Shown: piece by piece, positions 63,701 through 64,000 of the stretch | Position numbering within the stretch: the first letter of the stretch is position 1 | Layout: the number at the start of each line of letters is the position of its first letter | Notes under the pieces: model-generated | Told to the model about the DNA's origin: nothing | Seen by the model: only the letters and a program-made list of their open reading frames with translations | The model's database searches: none | From: Fimbriosthenelais zetlandica | Lineage: Eukaryota | Direction of reading: 5' to 3' | Assembly (NCBI GenBank): GCA_977030845.1 | Contig: OZ365114.1 | Location: 22,196,001-22,260,000, forward strand | DNA: 64,000 nucleotides | Translations under genes and position numbers: made by a program

Positions 63701-64000
63701 GAATGGATGAAGATTCGTTTTTTTTGCATCAGCAACTTTCCTCCCCCTACCCCTCCAATCACCTATAACTATACTAATCACTTACTATGAAAATACTGGC
63801 TTTATATATATATTAATGGGTTAAGCATTTATAGCGGCAAACACACAATACAATCAATCATACAAACCAGAAAATTCTCAGCTCAGACACACCTATACAA
63901 CCAGTCACTCACACAAGCACACATAGAGAAAGTGCAATCATTTTCACAGACGATAATGCAATAAGATCCAAGTCTAGCAGACCAACAGAAACAGCTGATA

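Overview
A gene-dense, AT-rich window from an animal genome with short introns. The gene content suggests a non-insect invertebrate such as a lophotrochozoan (inference). No prokaryotic features or CRISPR arrays. I reconstructed nine spliced genes by hand, and exon phases and lengths close to intact reading frames in all of them: SMNDC1/SPF30 (+), Cullin-3 (-), a CYP26-like P450 (-), the SLC25A32 folate/FAD carrier (+), NDUFV1 (-), ATP6V1H (+), an MFSD4/NAGLT1-like transporter (-), an ankyrin-repeat/SOCS-box gene (+) and a tetraspanin (+). A tenth intact gene encodes a gustatory-receptor-like 7TM protein (+). There is also an intron-containing tRNA-Ile(UAU) with an adjacent decayed copy, an unidentified multi-exon gene or pseudogene at 0.5-6 kb (-), and a repeat-rich interval at 24-34 kb (MITEs, tandem repeats, duplicated exon-like modules). 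Most interesting: (1) SLC25A32 has two alternative terminal exons encoding different helix-6 sequences, with the substrate-contact Arg changed to His in one. (2) The CYP26-like enzyme has AGHLPT in place of the conserved I-helix GHETT acid-alcohol motif, and carries three perfect AGGTCA half-sites (DR2+DR1) in an intron. (3) SMNDC1 has a GC-AG intron containing candidate poison exons. (4) ATP6V1H has a hidden 51-nt cassette exon at the position of the vertebrate alternative segment, plus tandem CLEAR/M-box motifs in the promoter it shares with NDUFV1. Family assignments rest on motifs recalled from memory; no searches were run.
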